Assembly (NCBI GenBank): GCA_013265495.1 | Contig: MU058645.1 | Coordinates: forward strand, 186,001-250,000 | From: Vicugna vicugna | Taxonomy: Eukaryota | Direction of reading: 5' to 3' | Length of the DNA: 64,000 bases | In this document: positions 41,156-52,519 of the stretch, piece by piece | Position numbering within the stretch: the stretch's first letter is position 1 | How the letters are laid out: the number at the start of each line of letters is the position of its first letter | The notes under the pieces: generated by a model | What the model saw: the letters and a program-made list of their open reading frames with translations, nothing else | Database searches by the model: none | What the model was told of the DNA's origin: nothing | Position numbers and translations under genes: made by a program

Positions 41156-41567
41156 TGTTAAAGAGGAAAACCACAGGCCCAAAATAGCATCACTTTGGCT
41201 AAGATCCACAATAGCAGACCTAGATTTAGTGTCTAACCTAATTGTGGTTCCAGCCTTCCCCAGAAATGTCATTGTAATCAATCAGCTTGGTCTTTTCTGG
41301 CCAACATCAATGAAATAATCTGCATAATAAAGACCCCATACCTTTCCCTCAGCCTCCAAAGGTGATCCCTGGCCCAGAATAACTCTTCTTTTTCTTTTGC
41401 TGTTGGATTATTTGCCCCATCATCCTTCCTATAAAACCTTCTATTTTGTACAACTCCTCAGAGCACCCTTCTATCTGCTAGATGGCATCTTGCTTAATTA
41501 AAAATCATAAATAAAGCCAATTATATCTTCAGATTTACTCCGTTGAATTTTTTTTTTTTTTTTAGCA
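41156..41567 (+). mobile_element. MER34-like 3' LTR
   Basis: TG...CA ends, TATAAAA at 41430, AATAAA at 41510, ttttgtacaactcctcagagcacccttctatctgctagatgg typical of MER34. Confidence 0.85.
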
Positions 41568-41569
41568 TT

Positions 41570-42425
41570 AATGAGATGACACTGCACTGCTCACCCTTCA
41601 AATTCAGATCACAAAGAATGGTAATACTGAACGCTGGAATAATGTGGAACAATTTTCATACATTGCTGGTGGGAATGCAAAAGAACTTGGTAGTTTCTCA
41701 TGAAGATAAACATACACCTTCCACACCAGCAGCAAGTCCACTTTAGACAGTTACCCAAGAGAATGACAACGTGCACTCACATGTAACCCTGTATACGGAT
41801 GCTTTTAGCGGCTCTATTCATGGTCACCAAAAGTTGGAAACGATGCACTTGTCCCTTTCCTGATGGATGTGTAATCACCTCGACAATGGAACATCACTCA
41901 GCAATAAAAAGAAGCAAATTATTCATACACACAACACATCTGGATACGTGTGAAGTCAGACTCAAAACTTTTCATACTGTATGAATTTACGTATATAAAA
42001 ACCTGATAAAAAGCTAAACTATAGACAAAGATCCATCAGACAACAAATTAGTGGTTTCTTGGAACTTGGGGTGGGGGAGGTGTTGACTCCAAAGGAGCAC
42101 AATGGAAATTCTTAGGTGAAGGAAGGTTACATGCAGTTGGCCCTCCATGGCCTCAGGTTCTGCATCCAAGGATTCAACCATCCACAGATCATGTGCTATG
42201 TTTATAATTCAAGGTTGGTTAAATCTATGGGACTTGAGCATCCGCAGGCTTTGAATCTGAAGTGGTTCTGGAACCAGTCCCCAGCAGTTGATGAGGGATG
42301 ACTGTACCTTGATTGTGGTGGTAGTTACACGGCTCTGTTTTCCAAAAGTCATAGAACTGTACGCTGAAAAAGATAAATTTTACTGTATGCAAAATTTACC
42401 TCAATAAGCCTGACTTTAAAAAAAG
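41570..42425 (+). mobile_element. Old L1 (L1MD/ME) 3' fragment
   Basis: tcatacattgctggtgggaatgcaaaa...ttacccaagagaatga...cactcagcaataaaaagaa...ttacctcaataagcctgact. Confidence 0.85.
42134..42304 (-). mobile_element. MER2/Tigger-type DNA transposon (short derivative) nested in L1
   Basis: Terminal inverted repeats cagttggccctc ... gagggatgactg with TA/TG flanks; internal ggttctgcatccaaggattcaacc and gacttgagcatccgcagg. Confidence 0.8.
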
Positions 42426-42786
42426 TGCAAGACCCCTGTGTTTTCTTAAAGAGAATAAAAGACAAGCCCCGAGTTCAAAGAGCAGACATAGTGTTTACAG
42501 CCCAAGGGGTGAGGGCCAGTTCTCCCGTGGCCTTTGCCGCAGCCCTTGCAGGGTTTGCGGGGTTTGGACAGTTGTCAGTGAGAGCTGGGCAGCCTGGGGA
42601 TCAGCAGAATCTAAGACAACTCCTCAAAAAAATCACACCTGTGCTTAAAGGATAGTATTTGAAACTAATAGTGAATTAAGTGAGATAAGAAGGTCTGTGC
42701 TAACCCTCTGGCTCTTCATAGAACTGGTTGTGTAATACCCAGAAAGCTTAGCTGTCTCGTATAAAACAACTGCAGTAACGCTGTCT

Positions 42787-43160
42787 GTCATGAGCTGAGC
42801 TGTGCCCCCCTAAAATGCGTACACTGAAGCCTTGACCCCCTCTGTGGCCGTACTTAGAGGCAGGGCTTTTAAAGGGGTAACTAAGGTTAAACGAAGTCAT
42901 CAGCGTAGGCTCTGATTTGATAGAGTGACCTTAGGAAAGGAAGACGCACAAGCGATACGTACCCATGTAGAAAAAAAATGTGAGGACACAGTGGGAAGAG
43001 AATTATCTGCAAGTCAAACAGAGAGGCCTCCGGAAAAACCGACTCCTTCATCGACTAGATGTTGGACTCCAGCTTCTAGAACAGCGGGAGGTAAATTTCT
43101 GCTGATTAAGCCACCCATCCTGTGGGTATTTTGTTATGGTAACCCCAGCAGACTAATGCA
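42787..43160 (+). mobile_element. MLT1B-type MaLR LTR
   Basis: tgtcatgagctgagctgtgccccc...aaggttaaacgaagtcat...aaatttctgctgattaagccaccc...cagcagactaatgca. Confidence 0.88.
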
Positions 43161-43432
43161 TTATTTTTGCAATATTCTTTTGAGAATTCTTGAGATATCA
43201 GCAAGGACTGAAACCCAGTAAGAGCTATAATACATTACCTAATATTAGATCAGTCTTACTGAGTAGTTATTCATTAGGAATATAAGCTTGGTCAGATTAC
43301 AGAAGACCTTGAATATCACCTTAAAATTTACACTATATTCAGGGGCAAGTACAGAGCCATTGAAGAACCACGCACCAGGAGAGTGACGTAATCGGAATCG
43401 TATTTCAGAAAAACTAATGACATCTAGGAGCT

Positions 43433-43543
43433 TTTAAAAAAAATTTTGAGACTTTTAGTGGTGCTTTGGATCGAGCCCAGGACCTCAGGCATGCTGGGCA
43501 TGTGCGGTACCACTGAGCTGCTCCCCCCACTCCCACCCCCCAC
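43433..43543 (-). mobile_element. tRNA-Ala-derived short SINE (camelid Vic-1 type)
   Basis: Minus strand ggggagcagctcagtggtaccgcacatgcccagcatgcctgaggtcctgggctcgatccaaagcacc plus A/T-rich tail; A and B boxes; TSD acatctaggagct/acatctacgagtt. Confidence 0.8.
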
Positions 43544-43879
43544 ACATCTACGAGTTATGCTGTAGAAAGCCTTGCACCTGGGAAACCAGTTTGAGGGTGA
43601 ATGAGAAACGGCAGAAAGTGAGACTGGGGGTGAAAAGGAAAGCTAGGGTTCAGGTCGTGCTGCGTCGCTTGACGTCTGGATGTTCCTCGTAAAGGAAATG
43701 GAGGAGTTGCAACCAGCGCTGAGCGTTCACGGCTGGTTCACACGGGCTGGAATGAGAAGGACGGTCTCGGTGAAGAGCCCCGTTCACGGCCGGAGGGGGT
43801 GATGTTCTCATTTATGGACGCAGTAAGCTTCGCTTTCTGCTGCTATTGATTAATTGATTAATTATTAATAAAATGGAAA

Positions 43880-44084
43880 TATAACTTATTGCCTCTTGAT
43901 GCCAAAGAAGTTATTTTAAAAAGTCAAATGGGATCATTTAGGAAACTTTTTGTAAAGAATTATACAAACATTATTGAGATTTCAAATCTTAAAACATAAA
44001 TGGAGGATTCTTGTTGCTTTATAAGGCATAGAAATCCTAAATGGAGAGATGTTTTCATAATGTTCTGCACCTCCTATAGGAGCA
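43880..44084 (+). pseudogene. Pseudo-exon ending at the start of an RGS-like domain
   Basis: LLPLDAKEVILKSQMGSFRKLFVKNYTNIIEISNLKT*MEDSCCFIRHRNPKWRDVFIMFCTSYRS|gtaaga; one stop in about 68 AT-rich codons. Confidence 0.5.
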
Positions 44085-44214
44085 GTAAGATAAACATCAG
44101 AAACACGGTCCATTCTGTGTGCGGGGTGCCCAAAACAGAAAGGAAATCTCAGGCTTCGAGACCCAGCAACGTGAGGAGCTCCGAGGAGGCACAAGCGGCC
44201 TCTGGTGACTCTAA

Positions 44215-44640
44215 CTGTGCGGAGCTGACGTGGAGAACCCGGAGAGCGGAGCCGCGGCCGAGGGGGGCGAGCGGGCGCAGGCCGGGCCCTCGGGCCTCCT
44301 CCCGAAGCCGCAGCTGCTGCAGCCTCCCCGGGGAGCCCCTTCTGCCGCCGCGTCTGAGGAGGGGCGCCACGTGAAAACGTGCAGATGGCGCCGCCGATCT
44401 GGCAGACGAGGCGCTTTCAGCGGCCGGTCGTGCCCGGCGGCCCCTCCGTCCCCCGGCGGCGGGGCGCTGACGCTGGGCGTGTTTCCGTGCGCTCCGTCGG
44501 GAGCGCCTTCCCGGTGCGCCCCGAGCCGCTGACGGGCCCGCAGACCCGGGCGCGGGGCTCCCTTGCCTCCTGCCACCCGGGCTGACCCAGCGTTCCGCGC
44601 AGGACTGTGAGGGCGCAGGGCGACCGCGGTCGCTGGAACT
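44215..44640. promoter_or_regulatory. CpG island with E-box and CTCF/YY1-like motif
   Basis: Dense CpG; CACGTG at 44368-44373, CGTGCAGATGGCGC at 44378-44391, TGACGTGG at 44226. Confidence 0.85.
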
Positions 44641-44917
44641 CTAGGTGCTATTTCCAGCCAAAACGCTCACCAGACCACCTGCAGGAAGCTTTCACGAAAT
44701 GCCACGCATGCTAACTGCCACCCTTCTCCTCCCTCACGGAGGGTGCTAGCTGAGTGATGTCAAGGTCCAGGCTCTGGAGAAAGCAAGAGCCCTCAGTGGT
44801 TTAAGGAGCAGGTATCTAATTAGACCCTTAATGACAGGCAGTTGACTGCTGCTTGCTCTTTACCTGAGGCATCTGAATTAGACTGCACCGATTATCTGAA
44901 ACATTTGTATTTTCCAG

Positions 44918-45030
44918 ATTGATTTGGAAGGAACTCGGCCTCCTCTGGCATGCTGTTAGCATTCTTTCTTACCTTGGCACAGAAAACAGAAAAAAAATGA
45001 AAGAAAATGCTTCCTAGCTATTCATTTTTA
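44918..45030 (+). pseudogene. Pseudo-exon, RGS-like helices 4-5
   Basis: tgtattttccag| then ...GLLWHAVSILSYLGTENRKKMKENAS*LF. Confidence 0.5.
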
Positions 45031-45936
45031 TCATGTTGCTTTATTATACTTTCTAGTACTGTGGACTTGACTTAACTAACTCATTTTGCCTTTTTTAGCA
45101 AAAGAAGGGTTAGGAGACAGCATCGGAAGAATGGTAACAATTTAATAACAGAACATTTTAATATACCATTATGCAAATAAATAACAATAAAATAAGATCT
45201 GCCTTCCCTGCTTAAACTTCATTGATCTCTGCTTCTTTTTCTACTTTCAATTTGACTTCCCTCAACTTCCTTGGGCAGGAGCGGACAGGCATGCTTTATC
45301 CTGCTCACTGCCACTTCAGAGTTCATTTTAGACCCATCATTCAACAATGCTTGTGAAATTCTTTCTTGCTTCAATCACCAAATCCCTGCCAGAACACTCA
45401 TTCACCGTCATCCATACTTGTCTCTCCATCCATTCCATGTCTTTTCTCATATTTAAGGTCATTGAAAGCCTCAGTGCTTACCTGTAACTGCATGTGTTTT
45501 ATTAAGTATTTAAACGCTGGAGCCTCACGTTACTCACCCCTAAAATGGGAAATGCATATTATGCTTCTTACTATCCTGTGTTATGTAATGCAGTGAATAT
45601 CATTGTTAGCATTATTATTGCTAATGTTATCATTTTTTCTATTATCATCATCACTTCCATTGTATTCATCCCTAGTTTATTTACATTTGTAATTCTAATC
45701 CTTCAAATATTATGGTCGAGAACTTTCTCTGTCTCCTCACTTTAATCATGAATCTGCTTCAACTAATCATTTATCTTAAAATGGGAATAATAATAATAAT
45801 AGCTTTGCCTAACTTAACAAAGTTGTTTAGAAACTAAGAAGAGGTGAATTATTTGAAATTGCCTATTTTCCCATTGTTATTATTATTATGACTAAGTATT
45901 ATAAATACCTCTGTTTATCCAGGCCACTGCAATCTT

Positions 45937-46354
45937 TTTTTAATTGAAGTGTAATTGACATGTAACATTATTTTAGTTTCAGGTGTATGCATAATGACTT
46001 TGATACATTGCAAAATAGTAACCACATAAATCTAGTTACTATTCATCAAAGTTACAAAACTTTTCTTTTTCTTTATAATGTGAACCTTCAAGATCTACTC
46101 ATTTAACAAGTTTCAAACATGCAATACACTATTATTGGTACAGTCATTGTGCTGTACATTATATCCCCATGACATTTATTTAATGACTAGAAGTTCCTAC
46201 TATTGACCCCCTTCGCCCATTTTGCCCACCTCCCAATTCTGTTCCCCTTATGCTAAGTAAAATAAGTTAGAGAAAGACAAATACCACGTGAATTCACTTA
46301 TATGTGGAATCTAAAAAATAAAACTAAAGAACAAATAAAAAACAAAACAAAACT
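45937..46354 (-). mobile_element. Short L1 3' end with 5' inversion
   Basis: Antisense tail 45937-46245, sense segment ttatgctaagtaaaataag...aaaacaaaactca 46247-46356; TSD cactgcaatctt/cattgcagtctt. Confidence 0.85.
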
Positions 46355-46435
46355 CATTGCAGTCTTAATAGAAACCATTACAATTTTATACTCTGAAATG
46401 CTCATTTCATGGAGCTCCAAACACTTTCTTATCAG

Positions 46436-47110
46436 CATGTGTTACTATAAAAATGAGAGAAAAAACATGGATTTTTATGGACAACTAGCAGCCTCTGGCT
46501 CATCACAAATGTAGGGCATTGCAGAGCAGCAAAAATCCTCAGCCCACATTCTTTGCACTTCGCCACTGCCCAAGAGAAGAAAAGGTGCCTTAACCTCCCC
46601 TAAGCACATGAAAACTAACCTTACAGCAGTCAAAATTCATCCTCTGTTAGCTTGTCTTTCTTCATTACGCCAGATAAGAGACGAAAATACACGAAGTCAT
46701 TTAGGAAGGCAGATGTGGGTAATATTTTTGGATAAGATCGTCTCACATTTTTTTGAAAAAATATGTTTCTTAATTTTTAACTGAAAATATTGATATAACA
46801 AAACTGTTTAAAATAACAGATTTGTGGAAGAAAATGTGTACAGCCTAACAATATAAATAAATGCAGCTTATGAATAATTAAAGTGTGTTTTCCTTCTTGA
46901 CTTTCAGAAATTTGAATGTTCTAGTCTCCAAAATAGTAATACCATTACTGCCATTAACATTCAAATGATCCAAAAAAAAAAAAAAAAGGCGGGGGAGGGC
47001 TTTGGGTTTCATTTACAATTCAAGTAACTTTCTACCTTCACTTTTTAGGAAAAAAAATACTGTCAGGAATTGCTCGACAGTCCCAAATTTGATTGATTTT
47101 TACGTTGCAA
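46436..47110 (+). pseudogene. Two pseudo-exons (46436-46584; 47049-about 47110), RGS-like C-terminal helices
   Basis: ctttcttatcag| ...AKILSPHSLHFATAQEKK|gtgcct; ccttcactttttag|EKKYCQELLDSPKFD*FL. Confidence 0.5.
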
Positions 47111-47564
47111 GCCGTCAAAGTGAACTGCCTCTGTTCAGGGAGTGGCTGCTCTTTGGAGTGGGTGGCGGTGTGTTACAGGTGCAGAGTGCTCCCGTAGGGA
47201 GGACGTGTGTGGATGTTCCTGCACTGTCTAATTAAGACATGATAAATTTTGCATTTTAATAAAATCAAAGAGAAGAATCACATTTGATGGAGACTTAAAA
47301 ACTAATTATGATTGTTACATTAAGGACTAATGGAAAAGGCAGACAAAATGCAGGATCAGGTGGCTAATTTCAGCACAGATTGAAACTGTCACAGTTGACG
47401 GCTCAGGCACTCTTCCCGGACATGGAAATATCTGCAGGGGACGTTTTCAGAAAGGGAGGACAGGACGAGGAAGTCACGGGACAAGAGTGCTCCTGCGGAG
47501 CTGAGGCCCACAGATGTGTGGGTGGAGCTGGGCGAGGGCAGAGCACAGGAAGCATTAGATCGGA

Positions 47565-47942
47565 CATTAAGCATCTCAGGCTTTCCTAACAGAACACCGC
47601 AGACTGAGGGCTTAAACAACAGAAGTTAATTTTCTCCTGGTTCTGGAGGCTGGACGTCAGTGTCAAAATATTTTCTGGGTTGCTTTCTGGGGAGCGCTCT
47701 CTTGCAGCTGTGGGCAGCCACGTTCTGTGTCCCCGCGTGGCCCTTCCTCTGCAGCAGAGACGGGGAGAAAGGTCTGGTGTGCCTTCCGCTTTCTGTGAGG
47801 ACATCAGTCAGAGGGTTAAGGCGCCACCCTATGGCCTCACCTATTTATTATGTTCTTTTAGGCCCTGTCTCCAAGTACAGCCACATCAGGGGTTAGAGCT
47901 TTGACAGATGCATCTTGAGGAAATACAATTCAGTCCCTATCA
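47565..47942 (-). mobile_element. MLT1-type MaLR LTR
   Basis: gcttaaacaacagaagttaattttctcctggttctggaggctgga...gaggacatcagtca...tacaattcagtccctatca. Confidence 0.88.
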
Positions 47943-47949
47943 ATCAGAT

Positions 47950-49150
47950 ACATGCATGGCCCTATAGACTGTTACAAAATCCCTGAGTTTTAATCCTAGG
48001 GAGATGGGAAGTCGCTGAAGAGTTCTGAGCAGAGGAGAAACAAACTGATAACACCATTATGGGCCGCTCTGGTTTTCCTGTGTGAAAATAAACCTTGTGC
48101 AAAGTCAAGGAAGCTGAGGTACAGGGGCAGCTGTTGTAACAGTTCAGGAAGAAGACGAAAATGAACTGCTTCAGGGCGGTGACATAATCTGACTTAAAGA
48201 AAAAGCTGAGAATATCTGCTAATGGGTCAGATGTGGGATGTGAGGAAAGAGAGAAGTCAGGTAGGAATCTGAGTTCGGGGTGGGCATCTCAGAGAAGACA
48301 TTTCTACTTACTGATGTGGGGATATTTTTAGGAGGATCCAGTTTGAAGGGAAAAGGCATTCTGGAGTTTGATTTTAAACATGCAATGGAGTTTCGTCTCC
48401 TCCACTTAGAAGTGCTGTGTTGGTAATTGGATATGTAGGTCTGGAACTCAGGAGAGAGACTGAGAATAAAAATATGAATTTGGGGATCGTCAGCCTACAG
48501 ATGACATTTCTAACCATGGGGTATGTCATTAAGAGATGAGGGTAAACAGATGAATTAAGAGGTCCTCCTGTCAAGATTTGGTGGCCAGATCTGGTGTATT
48601 TTGCTACATGGAGGTCATTGCTCTTCTCAGCAAGACCTGTTTCAGTGCCGCAGTGGGGGGAAAGTCTGATTGGAGCAGTCCCAGGAGGGAATGAGAAGAA
48701 AGAAAGCGATGACTTACAGCAGGAGAACTGCTCTAAAGGAAACTGAAAGATGAGGCAGGAGGCGGAAAAGAGCATAGGGTGAAGCAAGAGATTGCTTCTG
48801 TTTGCCGGTCCTACAAGATGAGCACTGCTGCAGAGAAGCGGGGGGTGGAGGACAGGGAGCGAGTGATTGCCAGGGTGGGGCTCCTTAACAACGGGTGAGA
48901 TCACAGGAGGAAGGTCTGCTTGGCTTCAGTTCATCCCAGGGACAGGAGGCAGAACCACGGATATGGCCAGGACGCTGACTGGTCGGAGATGAGGTGATGT
49001 AGGTTCACGGACATTCTCTTCTGACCGCTCCTAATTTCTCAGTGAAAAAGAGAAAGGTGGTAAACTGAGAAGAGAATGGGGTCCTGTTGAAGGACTGAGG
49101 AGAAAGGGAGAGTTACAAAGTACTCAACCAGAAGCGTGGGAGAGTGCCTG
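47950..49150 (-). mobile_element. L2a fragment
   Basis: gagatgggaagtcgctgaagagttctgagcagagg...atatgtaggtctggaactcaggagagag...ggaggtcattg...gtttcagtg. Confidence 0.85.
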
Positions 49151-49438
49151 CAAAATTAGTAGACTTGACTGAGCTAAAATGTTAGTGCCGCAAAGAATTC
49201 AAGAACCAAGTAATTCACACGCTACATTAATAGTTCAAGAGGAAATAATTTAAAATTATTGTATGACATTAGTTTAAACCTAATACGAAAACCCACCAAA
49301 TATTTGTTAGTTTATTTTTGCAAACTAAGCATATTGAGGTAACAGCAATAAAATTCTAAATAAGATCGAAGGACTGAATTCTGTATTACAAAGAGCAATA
49401 TGCAGCGTGATCAGGCAGCCTTTATTTTCTGAACACAG

Positions 49439-49622
49439 TGATGCTCAGGTGCTAGGAAAGCTACTTATATGTCATCGACTCGAAAGGTCAATGATTATTT
49501 GTCAAAAGATCGATGTCAAAAGTTTGAAAAAAATTGACAGACTGTTAAAATTCCTATTTCCTAAATATATGAGGACTCTGGAGCTACCATTTTGTTATTG
49601 AATTTCAATTCATTACCTAGTG
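49439..49622 (+). pseudogene. Pseudo-exon, RGS-like
   Basis: tttattttctgaacacag|DAQVLGKLLICHRLERSMIICQKIDVKSLKKIDRLLKFLFPKYM, then frameshift to DSGATILLLNF...|gtaaga. Confidence 0.5.
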
Positions 49623-50146
49623 GTAAGAACGCATTCTGCTTGTCCTCAATCCATCCGTAGTAGTCAGATCTTCGTAGACCACCAGGTGTCAAAGTTCCCA
49701 TCTGTATTTGAACAAATGCATACTCTCTAACTGTAAGATGAAAGATTGAATGTATCAATCACATCAGGCTTGTTTATTGTCTTATTTGACTCTAAAAATT
49801 TTTATTTTTTTACCAGCTTGATCGACACTTTTAACATTAATATGATACATTGTCCAATTATGATCTGAATTGGTCAATTTTACTTAACATTTTCATTTTT
49901 TAATTAGGTTTTTTTTTGTTGAACTGAAACAAGTTTAGAATGTTTATATCTTCCCAATGAATTGTTTCTTTTATTGAGTGATGATTATCCTTAACATTGT
50001 GTTTTGACCTAGATACTTTTCCAATTTTAGTATTACTACACTGGCTTTCCTTTAGTTACTACTTTCCTGGATCTTTTTCATTTAGATACTTTCAAATTTT
50101 TATATCATTGGGTTTTTAGTCTCTTTAAAAAATAAGCAAGTTTTAC

Positions 50147-50206
50147 ACCAGAAATTGACACAACATTGTAAACAAATTATAGTTCAATAAATATATGTAT
50201 ATATAC
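50147..50206 (+). mobile_element. 60-bp L1 3'-terminal insertion
   Basis: accagaaattgacacaacattgtaaacaaattatagttcaataaa flanked by TSD aaaataagcaagttttac / aaaataagtgagttatac. Confidence 0.8.
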
Positions 50207-50269
50207 AAAATAAGTGAGTTATACTTAAATATATTTCTTGCTAAAAATAAAGTAATAAGGTATTCAAAA

Positions 50270-51000
50270 TTTTTTAACTTATTAGCTAATGCCAAGTTTT
50301 TCTCCTGAAATGTTTATACCAATTTCTTTCCCCAGGATCAGTTTATAAATGTGCCACTTAACTTACAATCTCATCAACATTTGAAATTTCCAATTTTCAA
50401 GATTTTATGTATCATGTAGGCAGAAAATGCTATGTCTTCATACTTCAACTTGAATTTTTTTTTTAACCAGTGAGGTTGGCCTACTTTTCACATGTATATT
50501 TGTCAATATTATATATTCCTCTGTGACATGCTTCTTCATTTTTTGGCCCGCTTTTCAAATTGGTTACTTTGCTGTTTATTAAATTAATAATATGTAAGTG
50601 TTCTTTATGTATTCTGGGTATAATTTGTTGTTGATTTTATCTGTGGCAAATATATTCTCCCTGTTTTTGAATGTTTTTGTACCTTTTTAAAGTGTTTTTT
50701 AATGAAGAGAAGTTTGAATATCAAGGAAATCATGCTATTAATCTTTTCTGTTTTGGTTTCTCCTTGTTCTGTATTGCTCAGCAAATTTTTCCCCACTCAT
50801 AAGTAAGAGATATTCATTATCATTTTTAACAGAACTGTTTGCTTTCTCTACCTAAATTTTAATTTATGTAAAAGATTTGTGCATGATATTTATAGGAGTT
50901 CAATTTAATTTTTTCCCAGTACAGACAACTAATGATTCCAGTGCCATTTATTAGTTTCTCCTTTATCCACTGACACATGATGCATAAAAGCGAACTTTGT
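50270..51000 (-). mobile_element. L1ME-type fragment
   Basis: atgtttataccaatttc...ccagtgaggttggcctacttttcacatg...ttctttatgtattctgggta...tggcaaatatattctccc. Confidence 0.75.
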
Positions 51001-51189
51001 CAAATATCACATACATACATGCACATATGTGTACACACACAGATATATGCTGTTCTGTATGATCTCTTACATATGTGTTAGTACACTGTCAGAGGTTGGA
51101 GGTGGGACATTAGTTACCAGTATCTTAAGTTGAACATGTTTCTGAAACTCTCAGTAAAGCACTTAATAACCTGGAGAGAGAAGCACATT

Positions 51190-51481
51190 GTCAAAATTGG
51201 ATGAATAGTCATCTGAAATCAACTGCTTCATCATTTACGATGGAGCAGCTTTACCATTAAAGTAAAAAACAAGACAGACTTGCCTAGCACTACAATTACT
51301 GGTTTTGCCGCATTTCTCTGATGCTTCGAAGGTAATGATAGTTTACTTAGTGTGTTTTCAAGAAGTCCCGAAACCCGAAGGACAGAGACTCTGGGTTGCC
51401 AGGTGCTTGACTATTCTGCAGCTTCCCAGGCTCCTTGTTGTGCGGACTTTTTGTAGCTTTTTGAGGAATTCAGAAATTTAA
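51190..51481 (+). pseudogene. Pseudo-exon, RGS-like
   Basis: SSEINCFIIYDGAALPLK*KTRQTCLALQLLVLPHF...VVRTFCSFLRNSEI*; 71 open codons after the TAA at 51263. Confidence 0.5.
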
Positions 51482-51622
51482 GTAGTTACGGTAGAAAATG
51501 TGTGGGGTCAGGAGAGGGGAGCTCATCTTGAACTGATCTCAGCCTATCTAAAGTCATATGATGTCTGGAACACCTGGGAGTGCTCCTCCGGCCCGTGAGC
51601 CCCCAGGGAATCTCCAGACCAG

Positions 51623-52117
51623 TGTTGCCATTGGACCCTCCTTTGTTGCTCTTATTATGACTTCAAGATGTCCTTTAGCAATAACCATCAGGAAACTTTG
51701 AAAAAATAGAGCGTTATTATCCACAGGACCTGGAAATTACACAGCACACCTGGTGCCACACAGAGAGGTTGTAGCAGGAGAGAGAGAGAGAGAGCAAGCC
51801 TGGGGTTCTGCTTATACTGGGGTCAAGGGCGGGTGTCTGGGGTTTCATGGGCTCACCCTTTATTGGTGAATTTAAAATAAAAGTGAGAATTTGAAACCCA
51901 GGGACAGAAGAAACAAGTGGCCCAAACGGTCAGTCATCAAAATCAACCTAGCTCTCTGAAGCAAAGGGGCCTCAGTGGCTTGGCAGTGCGGCTGGCCACG
52001 TACTTATCTGAGATAGTCTCTGAAGAGGATGCCTCTTTGAAGTGGATTCTCCATCAGTCAAAGCCCGAGTCAGGTGCTTGCGTTACAGAAAGAAAATCCA
52101 GCCGTCACCGCTCTCAC
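51623..52117 (-). mobile_element. MER73-like solo LTR
   Basis: agcaataaccatcaggaaactttgaaaaaata...ctggaaattacacagcacacctgg...ctttattggtgaatttaaaa...gaggatgcctctttgaagtggat. Confidence 0.7.
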
Positions 52118-52519
52118 TGCAAGCTGTTTGCCTCTTATCTTTAAAGAATAGATGGCGTTTTAAATGTCTGAGCCGGGAGACCAGGCTGGGGGCCAGTATT
52201 CCCAGAGCTCATAGCCAGCGGAGACATTTCCACACGCATGTGAGTTCTGATCTGTTTGTGAAGCGCAGGGAATTCCGGGTCGGGTAACTCAGGGCAAACG
52301 GGCTCCTTCCTTAGGGCGCTCTGCATGGAGTGAGCACGGTCAGGAATTGGGAGCCCTGGGCGTCCTTTCTGCCTCCGCCTTCATCCCTGGCAGATCCCCA
52401 GGGCAGGCTGCCCGGCAGTTCTAGACCCTGCTTCTCAGTCATCCTGCGGGCCCGCGTTTCCAGCTGGCGTCCTGTCACTTCAGCAGAAGTGCGCGTATCT
52501 GCCAGCAAAGAAGCCTCTT

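Larger units (their letters stand above)
36936..41567 (+). mobile_element. Defective ERV1 provirus (MER34-type): PBS, internal region, pol and env remnants, 3' LTR; 5' LTR absent
   Basis: PBS tagtggcagcgatgggat (16/18 to the tRNA-Leu 3' end) at 36936-36953; integrase and env TM remnants; polypurine tract agagggga before LTR tgttaaag at 41156. Confidence 0.88.

Noticed and set aside
43457..43530. Functional tRNA-Ala gene
   Set aside because: Stems are mutated, and it has a tail and TSDs, so it is a SINE.
48374..48904. 176-aa minus-strand ORF
   Set aside because: Lies within an L2 fossil; contains degenerate L2 ORF2 wording (PHCGTETGL...NDLHVAK).
49617..49701. Minus-strand 85-nt exon-like block (tacag|MGTLTPGGLRRSDYYGWIEDKQNAFLPL|gtaatg)
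   Set aside because: Good splice sites, but no partner exons or recognisable protein, and it abuts a better-supported + strand pseudo-exon; cannot be fully excluded.
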